From an uncultured virus (IMG/VR IMGVR_UViG_3300031088_000789) (taxonomy: Duplodnaviria > Heunggongvirae > Uroviricota > Caudoviricetes), in IMG/VR virus record IMGVR_UViG_3300031088_000789: a DNA stretch of 64,000 nucleotides. The stretch is one strand, 5' to 3'. This document shows, in pieces, positions 29,868-38,966 of the stretch (positions within the stretch are counted from its first letter, which is position 1; the number at the start of each line of letters is the position of its first letter). The notes beneath the pieces were generated by a model. The model did no database searches and had not been told where the DNA came from. It was given only the letters and a program-made list of their open reading frames with translations. A program made the translations under genes and the position numbers.

Positions 29868-30259
29868 CATGAAATCGAGACAACGAAAGAATTTGGAGCC
29901 TGCGTTATAGTGGGTTGGGTGGTAGCGGTGTCGCGGGCGAGCCACTAAGAGACATGGAGAGCAATCTCTGTCTCACAGTAGAATGGGGAATTATAGTCCA
30001 AGAGGTTATGATTAAAACGGCTGGATGAGTCGGCCCCTTCTACTAACCTAATTTAAATTTTATACAGTGGTAGCTCAACGGATGTTCAAGGTAGGCCGCG
30101 ACTTGAAAGGAAAATTCTAGACACTTTCCTGATGGTTTGGTCGAGAATAGACTAGCTTTCGACAGCAGAGCGTGCCTGATAAGGCAAGGTGTTCGGTTCA
30201 ATTCCAGCCCACTGTACCAACAACGAAAACAACTTGTTGAAAAACAGGTTGTTTTTTTT
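29868..30259 (+). ncRNA. large structured ncRNA ending in a tRNA-like domain
   Basis: Promoter TTGATT-17-TAGAAT (29834-29862), no ORF, many helices, terminator at 30226-30259. Confidence 0.75.
30064..30219 (+). tRNA. tRNA-Ile(GAT)-like with a 91-nt D-loop
   Basis: Acceptor ACAGTGG/CCACTGT + A + CCA, U8A9, D stem GCTC/GAGC, TGCC-TGATAA-GGCA, GG-TTCAATT-CC. Confidence 0.7.
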
Positions 30260-30347
30260 ATCTAAATTTTCTGAAAACATCAAAAAACAGTTTCTTTCTG
30301 CTCTATTTTTTGCTATACTAGCTTCACATTCTTAGGAGATATACAAA

Positions 30348-30542
30348 ATGGCTTTCGAAACTTCTCAAATCAAAGTCGTCAAAAATGAAGGTGATTTCAA
30401 GCGTGCTATGGATGCTGGTTTTGCTGTGAATCTTCATGAATGTTCCTCCACTGAGATGTGGATCGTTCTTCCGATGAAAGATGCTGACATGAAGTTGCAT
30501 GCTGAATATCATGGCTTTAAGCCCGTCACTGTTGCTCTTTAA
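30348..30542 (+). CDS. small hypothetical protein
   Basis: TGCTATACT promoter; AGGAG RBS. Confidence 0.75.
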   Translation: MAFETSQIKVVKNEGDFKRAMDAGFAVNLHECSSTEMWIVLPMKDADMKLHAEYHGFKPVTVAL

Positions 30543-30557
30543 AGTAAGGGCACTCGA

Positions 30558-30767
30558 ATGGTGGGCATCGTGAGCTTGGCACAAAAAAGAATGTGTGTTT
30601 GTGTAAAATGCAAATCGACACTTTCTTTTGTCCCTGAAGAAGTCTCAGATTTTATTGAGCGAAAATATATTGGTCAGGCTCAACATAAATACTCCTTAAT
30701 CTGCCCGCATTGTGAGCACAAATTGATTTCTGTTCTCCCATGGTTTCCAGTAGGTCTTTGCGAATAA
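30558..30767 (+). CDS. Zn-ribbon protein
   Basis: CVKC...CPHC. Confidence 0.65.
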   Translation: MVGIVSLAQKRMCVCVKCKSTLSFVPEEVSDFIERKYIGQAQHKYSLICPHCEHKLISVLPWFPVGLCE

Positions 30768-30865
30768 TTTAAAAATTACATTTTTGGAATTTATTCTAAA
30801 ATAATATTGTTTTCATAGCCAATATTTGTTATAATTTTCCCACTTAATCAAACAGAGATTATACC

Positions 30866-31294
30866 ATGAACCCAGTAATCATCAGTCGCCCATTGGATTC
30901 TTACGAAGTTGGTCAGAATGACGCGGCTGTTTCCGTCATCAATACCACTCTGTCCGCTCCTGAATTCGATGTGGTGCTTCGTGATGCCATTTCGGCTTAC
31001 ATGACAGGTTGGGCTTCTTTTGAACCAGAAGTTCAACGCACGCTGGCTGAGCTTGACAATTTTGTCTCAGAAACTCCTGAGCATGAGGCTGCTTTGCAAG
31101 TTTTTGATGCGGAATATCAAAAACAGTTGGCCTTTATCGAGGCAAACAAGGTGTTTGAATATGAAGGTCAAAAACTGTTGCTGACTGATTTCATTTTCAA
31201 TGATAAGGATGTAGTCGAGTTTAAGGTGATGGCTCTGCCTGATTGGCTGGCTATGAAGACTGTTGAGGTGACTTCCGGTTTCGAAGTCGCTTAA
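30866..31294 (+). CDS. hypothetical protein
   Basis: TGTTATAAT promoter. Confidence 0.75.
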   Translation: MNPVIISRPLDSYEVGQNDAAVSVINTTLSAPEFDVVLRDAISAYMTGWASFEPEVQRTLAELDNFVSETPEHEAALQVFDAEYQKQLAFIEANKVFEYEGQKLLLTDFIFNDKDVVEFKVMALPDWLAMKTVEVTSGFEVA

Positions 31295-31335
31295 TTCAAC
31301 TGACAACTTTCTTTTATCCTGTTTGGAGTTTCTAT

Positions 31336-31638
31336 ATGAGCACTACTATCACTAAACATAATGGCTTCATCATTCTTGGCTCCACTGGCTGTTCTTGCTG
31401 CCGTTATGAGAACTTCGTTCAAGGCATTATCAAGACCGAAGAAGAAGCCAATACACTGGTTGAAAGCCACAAACGAAACAAAACCGTATCTTCACAGTAT
31501 TCGGCTACTGGCGTATATACCATCAAGCGTATTGAATATGAACTTATCAGCGATGGTCGAATTATCTTGTGTGATCGCGTAATGGACAATGAGAACTTTG
31601 TTCTGACGGGTGCAGACGAATATTACGCTTTTTCTTGA
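31336..31638 (+). CDS. hypothetical protein
   Basis: GGAG RBS; GCSCC motif. Confidence 0.7.
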   Translation: MSTTITKHNGFIILGSTGCSCCRYENFVQGIIKTEEEANTLVESHKRNKTVSSQYSATGVYTIKRIEYELISDGRIILCDRVMDNENFVLTGADEYYAFS

Positions 31639-31688
31639 TTTCTCAAAAAATCGTTGACTTTCTTGGATGTTTAAAGTAATATATTTTT

Positions 31689-31791
31689 AACAGTGCTTCA
31701 TCCTCTCATGGTGATGTCAACCATTGACGTTGTGGCCATTTTTGCAACAAACACTCAAACTCTTATTGGACGCTCTAAGGGTTTTTTTGTG
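31689..31791 (+). ncRNA. candidate sRNA, copy A
   Basis: TTGACT-17-TAATAT promoter; terminator with GGACGCT loop; paralog directly downstream. Confidence 0.5.
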
Positions 31792-31847
31792 CCTTTTTTT
31801 TGTCAAAAAAGCTTGTGATTTTTAATCATTTATAGTAGAATAACTTT

Positions 31848-31950
31848 AATCGAGCCATATCCCATGTTGTTAACTTGATTTTCAATACGTTATGGCCTTC
31901 TGCGGTAGCAAAACAAACCCTTTTAGGACGCTTTAAGGGTTTTTTTGTGT
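31848..31950 (+). ncRNA. candidate sRNA, copy B
   Basis: TTGTGA-17-TAGAAT promoter; shares ACGTTRTGGCC and GGACGCTYTAAGGG-T-run with copy A. Confidence 0.5.
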
Positions 31951-32033
31951 CTAAAATTTGATTAAACTGTTGTTATCTATGTCAAATTACAGTATAATCC
32001 TCTTATCAAATTAATTTTGTTGAGGATTTATCA

Positions 32034-32441
32034 ATGCCATTCGCTTACTCTGCTGCATATCTGTCCCACGGTTCCGAGAGTATGTTTAAAAAACTGGGTG
32101 TGGACAAAGATAAACTTCACATGACCACCTGTTTTGACACTACTGCAACCATTAAGCCTGCAAATAATATTGATATTGTTCATAAAACTGCTGTTATTTC
32201 CAAAATTACAGAATGGGAAACGCCAAGTGGCCTGTATGTAGTAGCAGAAATGACAGACTGTGGTTGGAGTCTGGTTTTGAACCAGCACTTTAAAGCATTG
32301 GGTGCAGTTGAAGATCTTCCGCATAACCCACATATTACTCTGATGAAATCTTCATCGCCTGAACTGGTTGAAAAACTGCAGGTTTTGGTTGGTCGTGAAG
32401 TGGTATTCAATGAGCATGCTGTTAAGGTAAAAGGTCTTTAA
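32034..32441 (+). CDS. 2H phosphoesterase, Acb1 (T4 57B)-like anti-CBASS nuclease candidate
   Basis: Two HxT motifs (KLHMTTCF, PHITL) with Y.AA..S, W.T..G and ALGA..D context as recalled for T4 Acb1. Confidence 0.7.
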   Translation: MPFAYSAAYLSHGSESMFKKLGVDKDKLHMTTCFDTTATIKPANNIDIVHKTAVISKITEWETPSGLYVVAEMTDCGWSLVLNQHFKALGAVEDLPHNPHITLMKSSSPELVEKLQVLVGREVVFNEHAVKVKGL

Positions 32442-32490
32442 TCTTAGTTTCGATTATGGTATAATGTCTTAGCTAATTTGAGGTATTTCC

Positions 32491-32970
32491 ATGATCGAAC
32501 CGATTTCTGTTTTCGTCAATATCTATCATCCTGCTTATTTGGGTGGTACGGTTTATACCATTACAAAACAAGACCTTTACGAAAGCCAAGAAAAAGCTTT
32601 AATTGCTGCTCAGCATCATTATGCTGGCGAATTGCTGCATTCTGGATTAGCTGTCAGTTTTCTTCCTGAAATGGATGAGCATCCTTACGAAGTGCCCAAA
32701 GGTTATATTGTAAGTTTTATGAACATTATTCGTCCTGAGCTAAACTCTTCAGATCCTTATGCTTCTGGTCAATCTGGGCTTTATTCCACTGCAGAAGCTG
32801 CTAAAGAACAAGCAGATCGTATCCGTAAAGGCTACTATATGTCTGAGCGTTATATTGCAGCCGCTGTCCCTGTGGTTTTTAAAGGACTACCAATGACAGA
32901 CGGTTGGGCAAGGCATGATCAATTTAACTATTCTTTTGTTCATCGTGAAGAACGAACTGTTGTTGATTGA
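32491..32970 (+). CDS. hypothetical protein with an internal duplication
   Basis: Two units F.NI..P...G...LY...E.A...A...Y...AV. Confidence 0.7.
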   Translation: MIEPISVFVNIYHPAYLGGTVYTITKQDLYESQEKALIAAQHHYAGELLHSGLAVSFLPEMDEHPYEVPKGYIVSFMNIIRPELNSSDPYASGQSGLYSTAEAAKEQADRIRKGYYMSERYIAAAVPVVFKGLPMTDGWARHDQFNYSFVHREERTVVD

Positions 32971-33033
32971 TCCCAGTTGATCTTGTTTTCTTCATAAAAC
33001 TATTATATAATTTTTTCTTTTCGGAGAAGCAAA

Positions 33034-33513
33034 ATGTATCAACAAATTGAAAAAATCCAGCAAATTTTTATTGAGCGTCGAATGACATTGGCTGTTGCTG
33101 AAAGTCTTACAGGCGGCAACATTCAGGCTTTGTTGACTGCCATTTCAGGATCTTCTGCTTATTTTAGTGGTGGTGTGACCGCTTATAATCTTCGCCAAAA
33201 AGTCGATATTTTGGGTGTTGATGAAGCCAATGCAGCGGCATGTAATTGTGTTAGTGCTCAGACTGCAGAAGAAATGGCTAAAGGTATTTCTGTTTTGATG
33301 AACACTGATTTTGGCGTGGCGACAACTGGCTATGTTTCTCCTACCATTGAAATTGAGAAAGCTTATGCTTATATCTCTGTTTATCGTCGTTCTGATGACT
33401 CTTTCGTTACCTTTAAATCTGAAAACAATAAATATGTTGCTCGCCCTACTTCGCAAGCTTATTTTGCAAAAACTGCACTTCAAGCTCTTATTGAACGTTT
33501 GGGAGAAAAATAA
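33034..33513 (+). CDS. pncC: CinA/PncC nicotinamide-mononucleotide deamidase, copy 1
   Basis: AVAESLTGG, SGSSAYFSGG.TAY...K, VS..TA.EMA.G, VATTG. Confidence 0.85.
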   Translation: MYQQIEKIQQIFIERRMTLAVAESLTGGNIQALLTAISGSSAYFSGGVTAYNLRQKVDILGVDEANAAACNCVSAQTAEEMAKGISVLMNTDFGVATTGYVSPTIEIEKAYAYISVYRRSDDSFVTFKSENNKYVARPTSQAYFAKTALQALIERLGEK

Positions 33514-33788
33514 TGACTATTGTAACTGCTTATCAAATTGAAGGTACCACTGAATGGATGAGCCAAACGCTTGGTGGAAATGAAGATTATACTAGTGCAG
33601 TTGTCACCTCTAAAAATGGTGATAAAAAACATGCCCAATTCCCTTCTGAATTCAATTGGAAAGTTGGTGATTGGGTAGTCCTTTGGCCGAATGGTTTTAA
33701 AAACATTCAAACAATTGAGTCTTTTTCTAAACATTTTAAGCATATTGATGGCATTCGTTATGAAACGGATCTTCAAGCACTTTTTTGA
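33513..33788 (+). CDS. hypothetical protein
   Basis: TAATG coupling to pncC. Confidence 0.7.
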   Translation: MTIVTAYQIEGTTEWMSQTLGGNEDYTSAVVTSKNGDKKHAQFPSEFNWKVGDWVVLWPNGFKNIQTIESFSKHFKHIDGIRYETDLQALF

Positions 33789-33833
33789 AAAAAAAATACT
33801 TGTGTCTAAAGTGTTTTTTTGATATTATAAGGG

Positions 33834-34007
33834 GGCAATGCAGGGCAAACTTAGCTCTCGGGGTTGATAAGCATTGGATGACCACTCGTATTCTCTGATG
33901 ACGTGGTAGCTCTCAGTAGTTTGGCAAGCTATTGTGGAACACCGGCCAAAACCTATTCATAAGGTTTTATTAAACATGAAGGTCGCTTATTGCAAGTGGC
34001 CTTTTTT
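33834..34007 (+). ncRNA. candidate structured ncRNA
   Basis: TTGTGT-17-TATTAT promoter, no ORF, helices CAATGC/GCATTG and ACCAC/GTGGT, terminator 33980-34007. Confidence 0.5.
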
Positions 34008-34084
34008 ATTTTTGTTCGAATCGTTTGATTTCTCAATTCTTTTTTGTTAAAATAAGCTCTCAAAACAACGTGGAGATTGATTGT

Positions 34085-34270
34085 ATGAATATGTCCTTCG
34101 CAGAGAGACAACAACGTCTTGAACAGCATTTTGAACAGGCTTCTGTCAACATTCGAAAGTTGCGTGAGCATATTATTAAACATGCAGCCGCTTCTGGTAT
34201 TCCCGTAGTTGAAATTAATATTCCTCAAACTGAGGTTTTTGATTTTTCGGGCTTTCCTGTAAAATCGTAA
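34085..34270 (+). CDS. small hypothetical protein
   Basis: GGAG RBS. Confidence 0.65.
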   Translation: MNMSFAERQQRLEQHFEQASVNIRKLREHIIKHAAASGIPVVEINIPQTEVFDFSGFPVKS

Positions 34271-34413
34271 TGTTTACTTTCTGAATAACGGCATGCCATG
34301 ACTCAGTGATGGGTGATGGCATTTTTTTCTTTAGCTTTTAGAAATTGGTTTTTCTTTACATTTTCTTACTTTTTTGATATACTACACGCCACAAACAAAT
34401 AATGAGGTGTGTC

Positions 34414-34530
34414 ATGAAAAATATCAACGCAACGCTTGCTCAGATTGTGAAAACTTGTAAATCTGTGAAGAAAGCTTTGACGCCTGTTCATGATAATAGC
34501 TACAAGTTTAGCCGTAATTATTTCGATTGA
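34414..34530 (+). CDS. 38-aa hypothetical protein
   Basis: TTTACA..TATACT promoter; GAGGTG RBS. Confidence 0.55.
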   Translation: MKNINATLAQIVKTCKSVKKALTPVHDNSYKFSRNYFD

Positions 34531-34556
34531 TTCACTATCTTTTCTAAGGATAAAAA

Positions 34557-34760
34557 ATGAGACTTAAACCCAATTTTATTCAAACTATTGATAAAGAAAG
34601 CATGAATAGGCTTCCTATTGATATTAATGTTAACTTTATTGAAAGTTGTGAATCTTTTGACTGTCATCTTTCATTGGTTATTGTGAGTGGTCGTGAACAT
34701 TATGTATATACTAACGAGCTTAAAGATTTTGTTAATCTGCCTAATGGTAGTCGGTACTGA
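34557..34760 (+). CDS. small hypothetical protein
   Basis: AAGGA RBS; TGATG coupling to the next ORF. Confidence 0.6.
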   Translation: MRLKPNFIQTIDKESMNRLPIDINVNFIESCESFDCHLSLVIVSGREHYVYTNELKDFVNLPNGSRY

Positions 34761-35572
34761 TGACTGAATCTTTGACTCATATCTACCGCACTTTGGGTGA
34801 AAATATCAATGACTCTGCTCAAGTAGCGGAGATTTGTCGTCTTCGTCATTATCGTTTCGATTCTAGTAACTTTGTTTTAGACAATCGTGACAGTTATCCT
34901 TGTCTTGAAAACAATCAATCTACTCAGACGTTAGTTGCTTATCTTCAAAGACCTGCATTATACTTACCTTTTATCCAATATTTCAGTGATATTCAAAAAA
35001 CAGACTTTACGCATATTCAGAATGTGCTTGATGCTCTACTTTCTTCTGGTGTTGAATGTTGTGTCACTGCAAAAGGTGATTATTATATCAAGGATTATTT
35101 AACACAAAAAGATATTATCTTTTCATCAATACAAAATGATTATGATCTTGAAGTGCAGGCAGCATCTGTTATTCGGCTTGAAAATCATGATAGCAAACGT
35201 AAACGAATGCTTAACCTTCACCTTGATTTTAAAATTGGAGTTTGTGACGAAGGTGCTTTTGTTAGAGCCAGATTTACTGTCCCAACTCGCTATAAATCAT
35301 TTTATATCTATTTTTATGAGCTGAATAATCGTTTTTATCTTTCAATTCCGAAAGAATCCACAGAAACTATTCATCCAGAAAATGAAACTTTTGTCTTTGA
35401 AGGCGTTACAGCACAAGAAGATATTCATGCTTTGATTAAACAACGTTATACACATCGCGTTTTCTATGCGAATTATAAAAAAATGTTTGATAAGTACTTT
35501 AATGATGACATTCAACTTGAAAATATTGACTTATGGTCAACGATCCAAATTGTTGATGCCATCAAAATGTAG
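34760..35572 (+). CDS. hypothetical protein (shared C-terminal tail family)
   Basis: 270 aa; ends IQIVDAIKM. Confidence 0.75.
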   Translation: MTESLTHIYRTLGENINDSAQVAEICRLRHYRFDSSNFVLDNRDSYPCLENNQSTQTLVAYLQRPALYLPFIQYFSDIQKTDFTHIQNVLDALLSSGVECCVTAKGDYYIKDYLTQKDIIFSSIQNDYDLEVQAASVIRLENHDSKRKRMLNLHLDFKIGVCDEGAFVRARFTVPTRYKSFYIYFYELNNRFYLSIPKESTETIHPENETFVFEGVTAQEDIHALIKQRYTHRVFYANYKKMFDKYFNDDIQLENIDLWSTIQIVDAIKM

Positions 35573-35632
35573 TATTCATTGACGAACATCGTCTTTTGAT
35601 CTATACTTATCCAACACATTAGGAGTAAAAGA

Positions 35633-36115
35633 ATGCAAGAATTAGCTATAACTATTAAAGAATTCATGTTGAAACGTGGTGAAACCATCTCCGTTGCTGA
35701 AAGCCTTACAAGTGGATACCTGCAGGCACAGATGGCTGCTGTTGCAGGATCTTCCAATTACTTTGCTGGTGGTATCACTGCTTATAACATTGATATGAAA
35801 GTTAAGTTCCTCAATGTTGATCGAGCGAATGCAATAGCTTGTAATTGCGTCAGTGAGCAAACGGCTGTTGAAATGGCAAAAGGTGTTGTTGATTTGTTTG
35901 GCACTGATTATGGTGTCGCAACCACTGGTTATGTCGATTGGGATAGCCCAAAGAACATGCCACATGCTCACTTGGCGATCTATTCTCGCAAGCATCGTAA
36001 ACTTCATAGTTTCCTGATGACTTGCTCTCATCTTAAAGAAAGAACTGCGATTCAGGCATATTTTGCTAGACTTGCGACCGAAAAATTGGTAAAATTCCTC
36101 ACAGTTGACATCTAA
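35633..36115 (+). CDS. pncC: CinA/PncC nicotinamide-mononucleotide deamidase, copy 2
   Basis: SVAESLTSG, GSSNYFAGG.TAY, ACNCVS..TA.EMAKG; clear paralog of 33034. Confidence 0.85.
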   Translation: MQELAITIKEFMLKRGETISVAESLTSGYLQAQMAAVAGSSNYFAGGITAYNIDMKVKFLNVDRANAIACNCVSEQTAVEMAKGVVDLFGTDYGVATTGYVDWDSPKNMPHAHLAIYSRKHRKLHSFLMTCSHLKERTAIQAYFARLATEKLVKFLTVDI

Positions 36116-36140
36116 ACCCACTTAAATAAGGTTTCTTTTT

Positions 36141-36587
36141 ATGCAAACTATCAAAGCAGCAACCAATCAAGAACTGGTTTTGGTCCGTGGTCACTCGGGT
36201 AGTGGGAAATCGACTTTCGCCGCTTCTCTTGTTCCTTTTGGATACAAACATTTTGAAAATGACAGTTTCTTTGTAGGGGCTGATGGCGTTTACAAGTTTG
36301 ATTTCGCTTTCCATCAAGTAGCTAAGGATGAATGCGTCAAAAAGGCTGTTCAAGCTCTGGTTGATGGTGAATCGGTTGTAGTCAGTAATACCTTCACCAA
36401 AATCAATGAAATGGAATCGCTGGTTTCTTTTGCAAAAGAACTGGGCATTGATATTCGTGTTTTTGAAATGGAAAACGATTTCGAAAATACTCATGCTGTT
36501 CCAGCCGCTGTTGTGGCAGAAAAGAAAGCGGCTTTCGAACCGTTGGAGAGTGCATTCAGGATTAAAGGCGACTATATTGTAGTCTAA
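36141..36587 (+). CDS. P-loop kinase/ATPase (AAA_33 or polynucleotide-kinase-like)
   Basis: LVRGHSGSGKST, VVVSNTF, N.H.VP. Confidence 0.8.
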   Translation: MQTIKAATNQELVLVRGHSGSGKSTFAASLVPFGYKHFENDSFFVGADGVYKFDFAFHQVAKDECVKKAVQALVDGESVVVSNTFTKINEMESLVSFAKELGIDIRVFEMENDFENTHAVPAAVVAEKKAAFEPLESAFRIKGDYIVV

Positions 36588-36635
36588 CCTGACAGGTTAA
36601 AAGAAAGCCTCACATTTGTGAGGCTTTTTATTAAT

Positions 36636-37304
36636 TTACATTTGTTTTCTGCACACTGTGTAGAAGTCATAAGTATCCATATAAGTATATGAATAATATG
36701 TTTCATATGAGCCAGCTTTGTATTCATATCCATTGATAATAACAGATTGAGCTAATGGACCATTATATACTTCAGCACCTTGCCAATAAATTTTAGTTAC
36801 TGTGGAACCATCTTCTCTGTAATGGTTAAAATAAGTACTGGTCATAATAGAAGTACTTTCAGATGAATTAAACGTTACATTATACTCACACTCAGATGGT
36901 GTCCCGGTACCCATTGCAATTCTGTTTTGCATCGGTAATTGTCTGCTTTGTTGTTCTAATATTGGTGATCCCACATTCCTAGTCTGAAAAGTTTTATTGC
37001 TAATTTCTTGTTCTTGGCGATATCGTTCTTCTTCGGCTATACATCCTATTCCTGATTGATTGAACTGTTGACCTTGTTCATAGTTGTCTGTGGATGGCAA
37101 CCATGTACAATTCGTCATTCCAGTTATTGTCCAACTTGTGTATGCAGGTGTTGTTGCTGTCCACACTTCTGCTTGCGATCCTAAATTAATGGAGCCATTA
37201 GGTAATATACCTCCTTTATCCATTTCGAGGGGGATATACGTGCTAAATCCTGCATGAGCACTTCCAAAAATGAGTGCCGTTAATGAATAAATAAATATTT
37301 TCAT
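36636..37304 (-). CDS. secreted Cys-containing protein, family member 1
   Basis: Signal peptide; W...P....W......C..W.P and C...R motifs shared with 41285 and 47287. Confidence 0.75.
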   Translation of the reverse strand: MKIFIYSLTALIFGSAHAGFSTYIPLEMDKGGILPNGSINLGSQAEVWTATTPAYTSWTITGMTNCTWLPSTDNYEQGQQFNQSGIGCIAEEERYRQEQEISNKTFQTRNVGSPILEQQSRQLPMQNRIAMGTGTPSECEYNVTFNSSESTSIMTSTYFNHYREDGSTVTKIYWQGAEVYNGPLAQSVIINGYEYKAGSYETYYSYTYMDTYDFYTVCRKQM

Positions 37305-37444
37305 GTGAGAATAAAATAGTTGTATATATATATATTTTAATATGTGAAAGTTTTAAGTCAATATATTAAAAAGTGTATTTTAATCTTTTTTAAAGATCCT
37401 TGCATAAATGTTCTTTTTGTAGTAAAATTCTACTATTCTAATTA

Positions 37445-37900
37445 ATGATGATTGTTCATATGAAAAAGCAACGCCAACCAAAATGGATGCCACCAGAACC
37501 GCCTAGTGTAGAGGTGATTCGACTAGAGACAGCCGATGGTTTTGGAATTTATCGGAGTATTGAAGTCCCAAAAGATCGACCAAGCTATGTTGACTTGGAA
37601 AAATCTGTTTGGTACCAAGTGACTCAATTTCACGATTCATCTGTTCATCCTAGTCCTTCTGTTGAATTTAGTATAGAGCTAGATTTGTGGCCCGAGTTTA
37701 TGTCAGGTTTCGCAAACGTTGAACAATATCGAAAGTGGGTCTTTAACCCTTACTGGCGTCGTGCTTTTTCCGAACGGGGTGTTAAAATGGTGACCTACAA
37801 AGTTCAACGTGATGAAGTCAAATTTGGTAGAACACAGGTGCTATTCAACAAGCATTTTTCTAAAAAGGTGAAGGAAGAACCATTGGCAAATTACTTGTAA
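37445..37900 (+). CDS. hypothetical phage protein
   Basis: RLE...G.G.Y, HPSP, GF..V.Q...W, QV.F pattern. Confidence 0.7.
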   Translation: MMIVHMKKQRQPKWMPPEPPSVEVIRLETADGFGIYRSIEVPKDRPSYVDLEKSVWYQVTQFHDSSVHPSPSVEFSIELDLWPEFMSGFANVEQYRKWVFNPYWRRAFSERGVKMVTYKVQRDEVKFGRTQVLFNKHFSKKVKEEPLANYL

Positions 37901-37968
37901 GCATTAAAAACTACCACAAATATAGCTTTTGTGGTAGAATACTTACTTTAAATAGGTGAGCAAATATT

Positions 37969-38457
37969 ATGAAAAACTTTGAAGTCGGTGATGTGGTCAT
38001 TAACTTGAATAGCCTCCATCTTTGGAATAATACCTATCATTCCAAACGTTTTATTCAGTCAATGAAAGAAACAGTGACGGCTGTTAATGGCGACTTGTTT
38101 ACAACTGATCAAAAGATCTCTCTGGATGAGCATATCTCAGACAAAAGTATGTCAGCACATCGAGTTTTTCGTCAAGAAGATGGCCGTTGTATTGCTGATT
38201 CAAGCAGTTTTCGTTATAATTTTACAAAACATCCAGAACTCATTCTTTATCGTTTGAATGCTGTTTTTGATGCTGGTTATCAGAAATTGAAAGCCGATGA
38301 TAAGGTAGCTATTCAAGATATTGAAGATCAAATTGCAACTCTTCAACAAAAATTGGATGACTTATATGCGGGCAAACGGCCATTGAACTCTAAAAAAACA
38401 GTTCGTGAACATCATGATGAATGTGTAAAAGCTATCTTTGAAACATTGAAACCTTAA
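37969..38457 (+). CDS. hypothetical protein
   Basis: AGGTGAG RBS; terminator follows. Confidence 0.75.
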   Translation: MKNFEVGDVVINLNSLHLWNNTYHSKRFIQSMKETVTAVNGDLFTTDQKISLDEHISDKSMSAHRVFRQEDGRCIADSSSFRYNFTKHPELILYRLNAVFDAGYQKLKADDKVAIQDIEDQIATLQQKLDDLYAGKRPLNSKKTVREHHDECVKAIFETLKP

Positions 38458-38519
38458 TTTTCTGGCAGCATCTTTTTTTTAGGGGCTTAGGCCCCTTTTT
38501 TGTTCAATAATGATTTGAC

Positions 38520-38676
38520 ACATGTGCAGACACCCATTCCGCTGGGCTTTGCCTCGACCAGCGGTGACCGTGAAGGGGAAATGTCATTAACTTTCTTAGC
38601 CAGAAAGGATCGAAAGATTATGGCCGTTGAACAGATAGCGACTGTTCTGCAATCTGACTTGATCAGATTGTAATAT
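38520..38676 (+). ncRNA. GC-rich multi-hairpin intergenic segment
   Basis: CCGCTGG/CCAGCGG, CTTTCT/AGAAAG, GATC-GAAA-GATT, GAACAG/CTGTTC, TGCAATCTGA/TCAGATTGTA. Confidence 0.4.
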
Positions 38677-38966
38677 AGAAAAAATTTTATTTCATTATGA
38701 GTTTTTTGTATATTGCAATCATACATCATTCAATAGAAAGCCTTTTTGGTGCGAGCCATTATGGCTTTTTTTCTTACCTTTTTTCACTTAAATCTCTCAA
38801 AAAGCTTGTCTGATGGATTTACAGTTTTGAAATTTTGTGAGATAATCTAGGATCAAAATTCATTTATGCTTTTTTAAAAAACTTAAAAATGATTGCAAAA
38901 AAGTGTTGTGCTTAATGGTATTCGTTGGTATAATTCTCCCACACACACAGAGACGGAGCTACACAC

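Noticed and set aside
29868..30259. tmRNA or RNase P RNA
   Set aside because: No G3-U70 Ala acceptor or tag ORF, a D stem and anticodon-like arm are present, and no RNase P P4 consensus was seen.
33893..33912. Hammerhead ribozyme (CTGATGA)
   Set aside because: No matching GAAA core or stem II.
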